In this document: positions 1-9,302 of the stretch, piece by piece
Layout: every line of letters begins with the position of its first letter
Position numbering within the stretch: position 1 is the first letter of the stretch
Assembly (NCBI GenBank): GCA_020436125.1
Contig: JAGQYK010000004.1
Coordinates: 27,815 to 91,814, forward strand
DNA from: Cyclobacteriaceae bacterium
Lineage (GTDB): Bacteria; Bacteroidota; Bacteroidia; Cytophagales; Cyclobacteriaceae
DNA: 64,000 nucleotides
Direction: 5' to 3'
Notes under the pieces: generated by a model
The model's input: only the letters and a program-made list of their open reading frames with translations
What the model was told of the DNA's origin: nothing
Databases searched by the model: none
Made by a program: the position numbers and the translations under genes

Positions 1-2106
1 AATGTGGTCTATGCTGATAGCACAATTTTTAATGTTCTTACTATTCCTCTTACCAGTGGAAATCCTAAAACCGCACTCGTTGAACCGAACACGCTGGTAT
101 TAAGTGAAAGCACAGCCGCTAAACTTTTTCCCAATAATGAAGATCCAATTGGTCAAACACTCATTCTGGATAACCAGCATAACTTTAAAATTACAGGTGT
201 ATACAAAGACATACCTCGGGAGAGTCATTTCCATTTTAGCATGATGCTCTCCATGGAAGGCTACGAAGCCAGCAGAAGCGATGAATGGTTAAGTCACAAC
301 TTCGTTACCTATTTATTGTTACGTGATGGAGCCAGCGCCCAGGAGTTACAAGCCAAATTTCCGAAGCTTATTGACATCCATGTAACTCCAATGTTAAAAC
401 AAATGCTTGGGCCAGATGTGGATATGGATGCTTTCCTCCAGGCCGGAAACAAGCTTGACTATACCCTGCGTCCTTTGCTGGATATCCATTTGCATTCTGA
501 TCTATCTGGTGAGTTTGAGCCGAATAGTGACATCACTTATGTATATCTCTTCGGAGCGGTTGCATTATTTATCTTATTGATTGCCTGCATTAATTTCATG
601 AATCTTTCTACTGCGCGCTCTGCCAACAGAGCAAAAGAAGTAGGTATGAGAAAAGTGATGGGTTCATTGCGACTACATCTTGTTAATCAATTCTTAATGG
701 AGTCTATCTTGTTAAGTCTTTTTGCTTTTGTGATTGCTTTGCTCTTGGCTTACCTCGCCATGCCTTTCTTTAACGATCTTGCTGGTCGACAAATTACAAT
801 CCCTTGGACAAACCCAGCATTCGTAACAATCGTTTTTGGGGTTTCCATTCTTATCGGAATTTTTGCAGGCACCTACCCCGCCTTTTTCTTATCTGCCTTC
901 CGTCCTATCAATGTGCTGAAAGGCAATATGGCGCTAGGTATGAAAAGCGGATTGATTAGAAGCGGATTGGTTGTGTTTCAATTTTCAATTTCTATTATCC
1001 TTATTATTGGCACGTTCACTGTACAGCAACAACTTTCCTATATCCAGCAAAAGAAAATTGGTTTTAATAAAGATCAAGTCATCGTTATTCAGGATGCATA
1101 TGCTATGGGTGATCAGTTGCAATCCTTCAAGGACGAAGTAATAAAAAGTGCGGCTATTACTAATGGCTCCATTTCAGGCTTTCTTCCTGTAGCAGGTACC
1201 AGTCGAAATGATAATGTTTATTGGCCTGAAGGAACTGACCCCTCACAAAACAATATGGTAAGCTTACAAGTATGGTCAGTCGATCAGGATTATGTACCTA
1301 CTTTGGGAATGGAAATAATTGATGGGCGCAATTTTTCTCGCGATTTTCCTTCTGATTCTGGTGCGGTTATTATTAATGAAGCGGCTTTAAAAATGTTTAA
1401 TTTCACAGAAGATCCAATTGGTAAGAAAATCGCTACGTTTGGGGGCGGTATGGGGCCGGACGGAAAACCTAATTCTGTAAGCTTTCAGGTGATAGGAACG
1501 TTGAAGGATTTTCACTTTGAATCGCTGAAGCAAAGTATTACACCCGTTGCCCTATTTCTTCGCAAGAGTACCTCACGGATTTCTTTTCGCTTCGAGGCAG
1601 CTAACACGCAAGATGTCATAAATACTATACAAAATACCTGGGCACGAATGGCTCCAGGACAACCCTTCCAATATACATTTTTAGATCAGGCGTTTGGAAA
1701 AATGTATGATTCAGAACAACGGTTAGGAAAAATATTTGCCGTCTTTGCCGGACTTGCCATTCTAGTAGCCAGCCTTGGGTTATTTGCGCTTACTTCATTC
1801 ACTGCTGAGCAACGCAATAAAGAAATTGGTATTCGTAAAGTTTTGGGTGCTTCAGTGAGTAGCATTGTAATGTTGCTCTCCAAGGAATTTGGAAAACTGA
1901 TTATCGTGGCCTTCATACTCTCTGTTCCCATCGCATGGTATGCTGTCAATTGGTGGTTGGAAAGTTATATGTACAAAGTGGAAGTCGGTGTTTTGGTCTA
2001 CCTGTTAGCCGGATTAGCTTCCTTTCTCATCGCTTGGATTACCATGGGCTATCAATCAATGAAGGCTGCAAGCTCCAATCCTATCGATGCCTTGAGAAGT
2101 GAATAA
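1..2106 (+). CDS. ABC transporter permease, FtsX/MacB-like (5'-truncated by window edge); paralog 1 of tandem array
   Basis: Frame is open from base 1. Contains ACINFMNLSTARSANRAKEVGMRKVMG and EQRNKEIGIRKVLGAS, typical of Bacteroidota double-FtsX permeases. Confidence 0.92.
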   Translation, partial: NVVYADSTIFNVLTIPLTSGNPKTALVEPNTLVLSESTAAKLFPNNEDPIGQTLILDNQHNFKITGVYKDIPRESHFHFSMMLSMEGYEASRSDEWLSHNFVTYLLLRDGASAQELQAKFPKLIDIHVTPMLKQMLGPDVDMDAFLQAGNKLDYTLRPLLDIHLHSDLSGEFEPNSDITYVYLFGAVALFILLIACINFMNLSTARSANRAKEVGMRKVMGSLRLHLVNQFLMESILLSLFAFVIALLLAYLAMPFFNDLAGRQITIPWTNPAFVTIVFGVSILIGIFAGTYPAFFLSAFRPINVLKGNMALGMKSGLIRSGLVVFQFSISIILIIGTFTVQQQLSYIQQKKIGFNKDQVIVIQDAYAMGDQLQSFKDEVIKSAAITNGSISGFLPVAGTSRNDNVYWPEGTDPSQNNMVSLQVWSVDQDYVPTLGMEIIDGRNFSRDFPSDSGAVIINEAALKMFNFTEDPIGKKIATFGGGMGPDGKPNSVSFQVIGTLKDFHFESLKQSITPVALFLRKSTSRISFRFEAANTQDVINTIQNTWARMAPGQPFQYTFLDQAFGKMYDSEQRLGKIFAVFAGLAILVASLGLFALTSFTAEQRNKEIGIRKVLGASVSSIVMLLSKEFGKLIIVAFILSVPIAWYAVNWWLESYMYKVEVGVLVYLLAGLASFLIAWITMGYQSMKAASSNPIDALRSE

Positions 2107-2113
2107 TTAAAAT

Positions 2114-4822
2114 CTGAACTTAACAAAATCACATATTGATTATATCGAGAAAGACCTCGCCCTCCGGGGTCTTATCCTTGAATCCCTAGAAAGTGAACTA
2201 CTGGATCACATTTGCACATTAGTCGAAAATGAAATGGCTACCGGAACCAGATTTCTTGAAGCCTACCACTCGGTGCTTATCTCCTTTGGCAATTCATCAG
2301 GAATTCAAGAATTACAAAAGCAAACGCTAGAATTTGAACAAACAACTCCAAAAATTATGATCTCCAATTACCTCAAGATTGCATGGCGCAACTTAAAACG
2401 TCAAAGTTTCTATACTACAATTAACGTAGCTGGATTGGCATTTGGCTTGGCTGCGTGCATCGTTATTGTATTATACATCAAAGATGAGCTCACCTACGAT
2501 ACCTATAATGTAAAAGCCGACCGGATATATCGCGTGGATGCTGATGTAAAGTTTGGAGGCAATGAATTTAAGATGAGCTACAGGAGTGCTCCAGAAGCCA
2601 TGGCACTAAGAGATGAATACCCGGAGATCGAATCGACTGTTCGTTTCAGAAATGCGGGTTCTTATCTCGTAAAAACTGCTGATGGAATAGATAACATCAA
2701 AGAAAACAATGTGATCTGGACAGACAGCACATTCTTCAAAATCTTTTCCGTGAACGTTTTGGAAGGAAATGCAAAAACAGCACTGACAGAACCAGCCAGC
2801 ATTGCCATTAGCAAACGCATCGCTGACAAATACTTTGGAAATAGTAATGCTCTGGGGCAATCAATGATTCTCGACAACAAGTACAATGCAAAGGTGACAG
2901 CAGTTTATGAAAACATACCAAGCGCTTCACATTTTCATTTTGATATACTCGTGTCTATGGTTGGTGATTGGCCTGTTGCCCGCGAAGCAAAAGCAACCTC
3001 ATTTCTTTCCGAAAATTTTACTACTTATCTTTTGCTTAAAGAAAATACAAATGCCAGTGCATTGGAAGCCAAGCTCCCTGCATTTCAGGAAAAATACATG
3101 GGCCCTGATTTGATCAAGGCGTTTGGAAATGATTTTACGCTGGAAAAACTTCGTGCCTCCGGCAGTAGGTACGACCTTTCACTTACTCCGCTAAGGGATA
3201 TTCACCTTTACTCCAATGTTCGCGGAGATTTCGAACCCAATGGCAGCATTACTTACATCTATTTATTCGGCTCAATCGCAATTTTAGTGCTGGCCATCGC
3301 GTGTATCAATTTTATGAACTTATCTACTGCACGTTCAGGAAGCAGGGCAAAAGAAATCGGGGTGCGCAAAGTAATGGGATCATTAAGGACTCACCTGATC
3401 CGTCAATTTCTTACTGAATCATTTTTAGTCACCCTCTCAGCCATAGGGCTTTCCGTAGTTATTGTGTACCTCTTTATTCCCTGGTTCAACTCCATTTCTG
3501 ATAAACAGATTACAATTCCCTTTGGTGAACCCTCATTCTATTTTGTGCTCCTTGGGGCCTCATTGCTTATCAGTTTCCTTGCTGGAATGTACCCAGCCTT
3601 TTTCCTTTCGGGCTTCAGGCCTATACAGGCCCTGAAAGGCAAGATCACCTCTGGAATGAAAAGCGGGTCAATCAGGAGCACATTAGTTGTCTTCCAGTTT
3701 GTTATTTCCATTTTCCTGATCATTGGCACAATCACCATTTCACGACAGCTTGATTTTATTCAAAATAAAAATTTAGGATTCGATAAAGAGCAGGTGATCA
3801 TTGTGCATGATGCCTACGCACTCCGACCCAATAGTGTAGAACCATTCAGGGATGAAGCTTTAAAACTAACCGGAATAGAAACAGGTACCATCTCCGGATA
3901 CGTGCCTGTAGAAAATGACTGGACTAGTAGAAGCAATACTGCTTTTTGGAAAGAGGGTGTTGAGTCCAATACTGAAAACATGGCGAGCTCACAACAATGG
4001 CGTGTTGACGATAATTATTTACAAACCTTTAGGATCAAATTAAAAGAAGGTCGCAATTTCTCCCCTGGTTCCCCTTCTGACTCAACAGCAATTATCCTCA
4101 ATGAAACCGCAGCCAGAAGATTAGATCTTGGAGATGATCCTATCGGGAAAAAGATTCACTCTTTTGACGGAAATCCTGATCCAGAAAATATTATTACCTG
4201 GACCGTCATAGGTATAGTGGAGGACTTTCATTTTTCCACTATGAAAGAAAGTATTTCAGGTCTGGCATTTTATCTGGGTCAAAATGATGGTAGTGTAAGC
4301 TTCCGATTTAATGCACAAAACGCCAGCCAGGTGATCCAATCCCTGGAATCCATTTGGAAAAAGCTAGCGCCAGGACAACCCTTCCAGTATTCTTTCCTTG
4401 ACGAAGATTTTGAACGGATGTACTTGTCTGAAGAGAGGCTGGGAGAAATCTTCACCATATTCTCGGGGCTCGCCATTGTCATTGCCTGCCTTGGTCTGTT
4501 CGCCCTTACTACTTTTACCGCTGAACAGCGCACCAAAGAAATAGGAATAAGAAAGGTGCTGGGTGCTTCAGTAAGCGGGATTGTGTTCCTTCTTTCAAAA
4601 GATTTTGGAAAGTTGATTTTGATTGCATTCGTAGTCTCCATACCCGTTGCCTGGTATAGTGTGGACTGGTGGTTGAGCAGCTATACCTATAAGACTGAAA
4701 TAGGATTTGGTGTTTACCTGCTTGCCGGTGTCCTTGCTTTTCTGGTGGCATGGATTACCATGGGCTACCAATCGATAAAAGCAGCAAGCTCCAATCCTAT
4801 CAATGCATTGAGGAGTGAATAG
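2114..4822 (+). CDS. ABC transporter permease, FtsX/MacB-like, paralog 2, with probable N-terminal helical prefix domain
   Basis: ORF track gives 2234..4822. The frame stays open back to TAA at 2108-2110, with CTG at 2114 giving (M)NLTKSHIDYIEKDL. The core permease begins at ATG 2357 (MISNYLKIAWRNL). The start position is uncertain. Confidence 0.88.
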   Translation: MNLTKSHIDYIEKDLALRGLILESLESELLDHICTLVENEMATGTRFLEAYHSVLISFGNSSGIQELQKQTLEFEQTTPKIMISNYLKIAWRNLKRQSFYTTINVAGLAFGLAACIVIVLYIKDELTYDTYNVKADRIYRVDADVKFGGNEFKMSYRSAPEAMALRDEYPEIESTVRFRNAGSYLVKTADGIDNIKENNVIWTDSTFFKIFSVNVLEGNAKTALTEPASIAISKRIADKYFGNSNALGQSMILDNKYNAKVTAVYENIPSASHFHFDILVSMVGDWPVAREAKATSFLSENFTTYLLLKENTNASALEAKLPAFQEKYMGPDLIKAFGNDFTLEKLRASGSRYDLSLTPLRDIHLYSNVRGDFEPNGSITYIYLFGSIAILVLAIACINFMNLSTARSGSRAKEIGVRKVMGSLRTHLIRQFLTESFLVTLSAIGLSVVIVYLFIPWFNSISDKQITIPFGEPSFYFVLLGASLLISFLAGMYPAFFLSGFRPIQALKGKITSGMKSGSIRSTLVVFQFVISIFLIIGTITISRQLDFIQNKNLGFDKEQVIIVHDAYALRPNSVEPFRDEALKLTGIETGTISGYVPVENDWTSRSNTAFWKEGVESNTENMASSQQWRVDDNYLQTFRIKLKEGRNFSPGSPSDSTAIILNETAARRLDLGDDPIGKKIHSFDGNPDPENIITWTVIGIVEDFHFSTMKESISGLAFYLGQNDGSVSFRFNAQNASQVIQSLESIWKKLAPGQPFQYSFLDEDFERMYLSEERLGEIFTIFSGLAIVIACLGLFALTTFTAEQRTKEIGIRKVLGASVSGIVFLLSKDFGKLILIAFVVSIPVAWYSVDWWLSSYTYKTEIGFGVYLLAGVLAFLVAWITMGYQSIKAASSNPINALRSE

Positions 4823-4908
4823 CAATTTATGGGTAGAATTATCAACAAATTGAAACTTGTTGTCATAGAGCACGTCTAAATCTTTATTAGAATAAGACCA
4901 CATCAGCG

Positions 4909-4938
4909 CTAATGCGTATTTTTAAAAGTACGCATTAG
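4909..4938. terminator. Near-perfect 30-bp inverted repeat (terminator or operator) between permease paralogs 2 and 3
   Basis: CTAATGCGTA-TTTTTAAAAG-TACGCATTAG has 10-bp perfect arms and is followed by TTCTTT. Confidence 0.5.
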
Positions 4939-4956
4939 TTCTTTATACAATTTGTT

Positions 4957-7437
4957 ATGTTAAAAAGCATCCTTCTCATTGCATTTCGGAATCTTCGGAA
5001 GCACACTTTTTATTCCACCATCAATATAGCCGGCCTTGCCATTGGGGTGTCTGCTTGTTTGCTGATAACGCTTTTCATTATAGATGAATTAAGTTATGAC
5101 AAGTACAACGAAAAGGCAGATCGCATTTATAGAATCAATAATGAGATAAAGTTTGGGGGTAATCATATTCAAGCTGCCACCAGTGCTGCACCCACGGCCC
5201 ACACACTATTACAAGATTATCCAGAGGTAGAAGCTACGGTAAGGTTTCGCAGCTATGGCTCTTATCTGGTAAAGGCAGAGAACAGTACAGAGAACATTAA
5301 AGAAAATAATGTGATCTGGACTGATAGCACTTTTTTTAAAATTTTCTCCGTCAAAGTAATTGAGGGCAATCCCAATACGGCACTGAAAGAACCTGCAAGT
5401 ATTGCTATTAGTCAGCGCACAGCAGAAAAATATTTTCCCAATGAAAGTGCACTAGGAAAGACGATGATTTTGGACAATAAGTACAATGCAAAGGTCACTG
5501 CTGTCTACGAAAATATTCCTTCCACATCACATTTTCATTTTGACATATTGATTGCAATGGTGGGCGACTGGCCTGTTGCCAGAGAGGCTCAATCCACAGC
5601 CTACCTCAGCAACAATTTCAACACTTATCTTCTTTTAAAGGAGGGTGCTGACGCAAAAGCGTTTGAAAGAAAATTCCCTGAATTTTTGATCAAGTACATT
5701 GGTCCACAAATAGCTCAAGCGCTGGGCATTGAATTCACGTTGGAAAAATTCAGAGAAGAAGGAAACGTGTATGAGATGACGCTGATTCCCTTGCGCGATA
5801 TTCATTTGCATTCTGATGCTACGGCTGAGTTGGAGTCCAATGGCAGCATTACTTATGTCTATCTCCTGGGAATTGTTGCCTTTTTCATTTTGGGAATTGC
5901 TTGTATCAATTTTATGAATTTAAGTACCGCAAGGTCAAGCAACCGGGCAAAAGAAGTGGGTGTGCGCAAGGTAATGGGTTCTGCACGCACCAATTTAGTT
6001 CGACAGTTTTTATTGGAATCAACAATGGTGACTGTCTTTGCCTTTTTCGTTGCCATCTCACTGGTTTACCTTGCTCTTCCCATTTTCAATGGTCTTGCAT
6101 TAAAACAACTGCATATCCCTTTTGACAACCCCGTTTTCTATCTCATCATGGTAGGTGCCGCATTGCTGGTGGGAATGATTGCCGGAATTTATCCTTCTTT
6201 TTTTCTGTCAGCGTTTAATCCGGTGGATGTTTTAAAGGGCAAAGGTTCCAGCGGTATGAAAAGCGGGTTGGTTAGAAGCGGGTTGGTTGTTTTTCAATTT
6301 GTTATTTCAATTTTCCTCATTGTGGGTGCAATCACTGTTAACCGACAATTGCAATACATTCAAAACAAAAAACTTGGGTTCAATAAAGATCAGGTGATTG
6401 TTATCCAGGATGCTTATGCCTTGCGTCCCAATAAAGTGGAAAGTTTTAAACAAGAAGTTTTAAAAAATAGTAACATCCAAAGTGGTACTATCTCCGGATA
6501 CCTGCCAGTTAAAAATGGAAATTCATCACGTAGCGATAATCCGTTCTGGAGAGAAGGTAGCGATCCATCAACTGAAAATATGGTGAGCATGCAAAATTGG
6601 CAAGTCGATCACGACTACCTAAAAACTTTTGATATGAATATTTTAGAAGGCAGAGACTTTTCTCTTGATTTTCCTTCAGACTCCTCAGCAGTAATTTTAA
6701 ATGAAGCAGCAGCATATCAATTTGGTTTTGATGGGGATCCCATTGGCAGAAGGATCAGTACTTTGGGTGGATCTCTTCCAGATGGTTCTCCTGATCCAAA
6801 CAATACGAAATCATGGACCATCGTAGGTGTGGTTGAAAATTTTCATTTCTCTACCATGCGTGAGAGCATCACCCCGCTTGGACTTTTTATTGGAAAAAGT
6901 GATGGGAGTGTTTCTTTCAGGTATAGTGCTAAAGATTCCCAGGAGGTTATTCAAACCATAGAAAATACCTGGAAGTCGCTGGCGCCCGGTCAGCCTTTCC
7001 AATATTCCTTTTTGGATGATGACTTTGGCGGGATGTATGCTGCCGAACAAAGACTTGGAAAAATATTTACTTTCTTCGCTGGGCTTGCCATTGTCATTGC
7101 CTGTCTTGGTTTGTTTGCTCTTACGGCATTTACTGCAGAACAGCGCTCCAAAGAAATTGGAATTCGCAAAGTGCTTGGGGCATCTGTAAGTAGCATCGTG
7201 CTTTTGCTTTCCAAAGAATTCGGCAGACTCATTATTATCGCTTTCATCATTGCTATTCCTTTTGCCTGGTACAGTGTGGACTGGTGGCTAAAGGGATATG
7301 TTTATAAAGCTCAAATTGGTGCAATGGTGTATATGATAGCCGGATTGATTGCCTTTTTAATAGCGTGGCTTACCATGGGATATCAATCTATTAAGGCAGC
7401 GAGTTCCAATCCTATCGATGCGCTAAAAAGCGAGTAG
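4957..7437 (+). CDS. ABC transporter permease, FtsX/MacB-like, paralog 3
   Basis: 826 aa; MLKSILLIAFRNLRK N-terminus; same FtsX motifs as paralogs 1 and 2. Confidence 0.93.
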   Translation: MLKSILLIAFRNLRKHTFYSTINIAGLAIGVSACLLITLFIIDELSYDKYNEKADRIYRINNEIKFGGNHIQAATSAAPTAHTLLQDYPEVEATVRFRSYGSYLVKAENSTENIKENNVIWTDSTFFKIFSVKVIEGNPNTALKEPASIAISQRTAEKYFPNESALGKTMILDNKYNAKVTAVYENIPSTSHFHFDILIAMVGDWPVAREAQSTAYLSNNFNTYLLLKEGADAKAFERKFPEFLIKYIGPQIAQALGIEFTLEKFREEGNVYEMTLIPLRDIHLHSDATAELESNGSITYVYLLGIVAFFILGIACINFMNLSTARSSNRAKEVGVRKVMGSARTNLVRQFLLESTMVTVFAFFVAISLVYLALPIFNGLALKQLHIPFDNPVFYLIMVGAALLVGMIAGIYPSFFLSAFNPVDVLKGKGSSGMKSGLVRSGLVVFQFVISIFLIVGAITVNRQLQYIQNKKLGFNKDQVIVIQDAYALRPNKVESFKQEVLKNSNIQSGTISGYLPVKNGNSSRSDNPFWREGSDPSTENMVSMQNWQVDHDYLKTFDMNILEGRDFSLDFPSDSSAVILNEAAAYQFGFDGDPIGRRISTLGGSLPDGSPDPNNTKSWTIVGVVENFHFSTMRESITPLGLFIGKSDGSVSFRYSAKDSQEVIQTIENTWKSLAPGQPFQYSFLDDDFGGMYAAEQRLGKIFTFFAGLAIVIACLGLFALTAFTAEQRSKEIGIRKVLGASVSSIVLLLSKEFGRLIIIAFIIAIPFAWYSVDWWLKGYVYKAQIGAMVYMIAGLIAFLIAWLTMGYQSIKAASSNPIDALKSE

Positions 7438-7452
7438 GAAGTCCGTTTTCAA

Positions 7453-7845
7453 TTAGTTCGGCTCAAACCGATCTTTCACATAAGTAACACTGGTCTTTCC
7501 GTGGGGTTTCGGTTTTCCGTTTTCATCCAGGTTAACAAAAATTAATTTTTCGATGGATAGAATGGGATCACGCGTCATTTTATTTCTCACTTCGCATCGA
7601 AGGGTAATGGATGATCGTCCAAATTCGGTTGCCACAATTCCAATTTCTATGATATCACCTTGTTTTGGCGCTGAAATAAAATTGATCTCAGAAATAAACT
7701 TAGTAACGATGTGTGTATTATCCAGTTGTATAATAGCGTAAAGTGCTGCCTCCTCATCGATCCATTGCAACAGCCGTCCTCCAAACAAAGTTTGATTGGG
7801 ATTGAGATCTTCCGGCTTCACCCATTTACGGGTGTGAAAATTCAT
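7453..7845 (-). CDS. Acyl-CoA thioesterase (hotdog fold)
   Basis: VKPEDLNPNQTLFGGRLLQWIDEEA hotdog motif. Start moved from 7896 to the ATG of MNFHTRKW. Confidence 0.85.
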   Translation of the reverse strand: MNFHTRKWVKPEDLNPNQTLFGGRLLQWIDEEAALYAIIQLDNTHIVTKFISEINFISAPKQGDIIEIGIVATEFGRSSITLRCEVRNKMTRDPILSIEKLIFVNLDENGKPKPHGKTSVTYVKDRFEPN

Positions 7846-7859
7846 TGAGGATCCTTCCA

Positions 7860-9299
7860 TTATTTGATCGACTTGATTAACTGCTGATAAAACCAAATAC
7901 CATCCTGAAAACCCTTTACACTGATACGTTCATCTATTCCATGAAATCCGATGGGATCATTCATTGGGCTGAATTTTATAATCTGGTCAGACACTTTTCC
8001 AAAATGACGAGAGTCAGTAGCTCCTACCATCAGGAACGGAGCCACAATAACTTGATCAAAAGTTTTTCTGGCAGCCGCTTCAACTAATTTAAATCCAAAA
8101 CCATCAACAGGAGTTACCGTAGAGGGATCGTTGCCAAAACTTAGTTTAGATATTTTAACACGCGGATCATCAATCACAGAAACAACACGATCCTTTACAG
8201 ATTCTTGTGTGTCACCTGGCAAAATTCTAAAATTAATTGTCGCCTTGGCCAACGTTGGAATCACGTTATCCTTTACTCCTGCATTAATCACGGTAGGCGC
8301 TATCGTTGTACGCACCATGGCGTTGCCGCCCGGAGTTTGTTCATAAATTCCAACAATTGTGCTTTTGAAAAGCCATTGATTGGCAAATACCATTTTTTGA
8401 AGAAAAGGTTGTTCCGGACCAATGTATTCAATGAAGTCATTGGTGGATTGTGAAAAGTCTGCTTCAAAAGGATTAGCCCGAAGCCTTACAATGGCATTGG
8501 TTAAAATATCAATGGCGGTTTCGGAAGCTGGCATAGAAGAGTGGCCTCCGCTTAACTCCACTGCAAGTTCAAGTGACATATAACCCTTCTCTGAAGTTCC
8601 TACTAAAGCAACAGGTTGAGTTATTCCCGGAATTTTATCCACGGTAATGATTCCGCCTTCATCCAAAACCAAGTCGGCTTTAATGTTTCTTGATTCTAGC
8701 AAGCTGGCTATCGCTATTGCTCCATTCCCTCCTATCTCTTCATCATGGCCAAAAGCCAAATAGATAGTACGCTCAGGAATAAAATTTTCAGACAGCAATT
8801 TTTCAATGGCCTCCATGATAGAAACAAGGCTCATTTTATCATCTGCAGTACCTCTTCCCCAAATGGTATCGTTTTTTACTACTCCTTCAAAAGCATCCAC
8901 CGACCAAAGCGATTCCGTTCCTGGTTCTACAGGAACTACATCCATGTGGGCCATTAACACGATAGGATTAGTGCTGGTGTTTTTGCCTTCCCACTTGTAG
9001 AGCAAGCTGTAGTCCTTCACTTTTTCTCGTTCGAGTTTTTCGTGAACCAACGGGTAGGTCGATTCGAGAAATCGATGGAAGCCATAAAACTGTGCGGTGT
9101 CTAAGGGAATACTATCTCCAAACGAAATCGTTTTAATACGAATCGCGTTTTTGAAATTTTCTAATGTTGCCTTTGAAATTTCTGGGGATGCTTCACCAGC
9201 AATATCCAATTGTTTCGATTGAAACTGGAGAGTGTTGAAAAGAAGGACAACGACCAGTGCGATCAACAAAGTGAATAAAAAAAGAAAAAATTTCTTCAT
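7860..9299 (-). CDS. M20 family metallopeptidase, carboxypeptidase S/PM20D1-like, N-terminally anchored
   Basis: AHMDVVP, WGRGTADDK, GHDEE, EKGY and HGIDERI M20 motifs; N-terminal hydrophobic helix. Confidence 0.9.
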   Translation of the reverse strand: MKKFFLFLFTLLIALVVVLLFNTLQFQSKQLDIAGEASPEISKATLENFKNAIRIKTISFGDSIPLDTAQFYGFHRFLESTYPLVHEKLEREKVKDYSLLYKWEGKNTSTNPIVLMAHMDVVPVEPGTESLWSVDAFEGVVKNDTIWGRGTADDKMSLVSIMEAIEKLLSENFIPERTIYLAFGHDEEIGGNGAIAIASLLESRNIKADLVLDEGGIITVDKIPGITQPVALVGTSEKGYMSLELAVELSGGHSSMPASETAIDILTNAIVRLRANPFEADFSQSTNDFIEYIGPEQPFLQKMVFANQWLFKSTIVGIYEQTPGGNAMVRTTIAPTVINAGVKDNVIPTLAKATINFRILPGDTQESVKDRVVSVIDDPRVKISKLSFGNDPSTVTPVDGFGFKLVEAAARKTFDQVIVAPFLMVGATDSRHFGKVSDQIIKFSPMNDPIGFHGIDERISVKGFQDGIWFYQQLIKSIK

Positions 9300-9302
9300 G
9301 CT

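Noticed and set aside
2151-2173. 9-bp hairpin AAGACCTCG/CGGGGTCTT after permease 1
   Set aside because: No U-tract follows, and it lies inside the probable coding extension of paralog 2; not called as a terminator.
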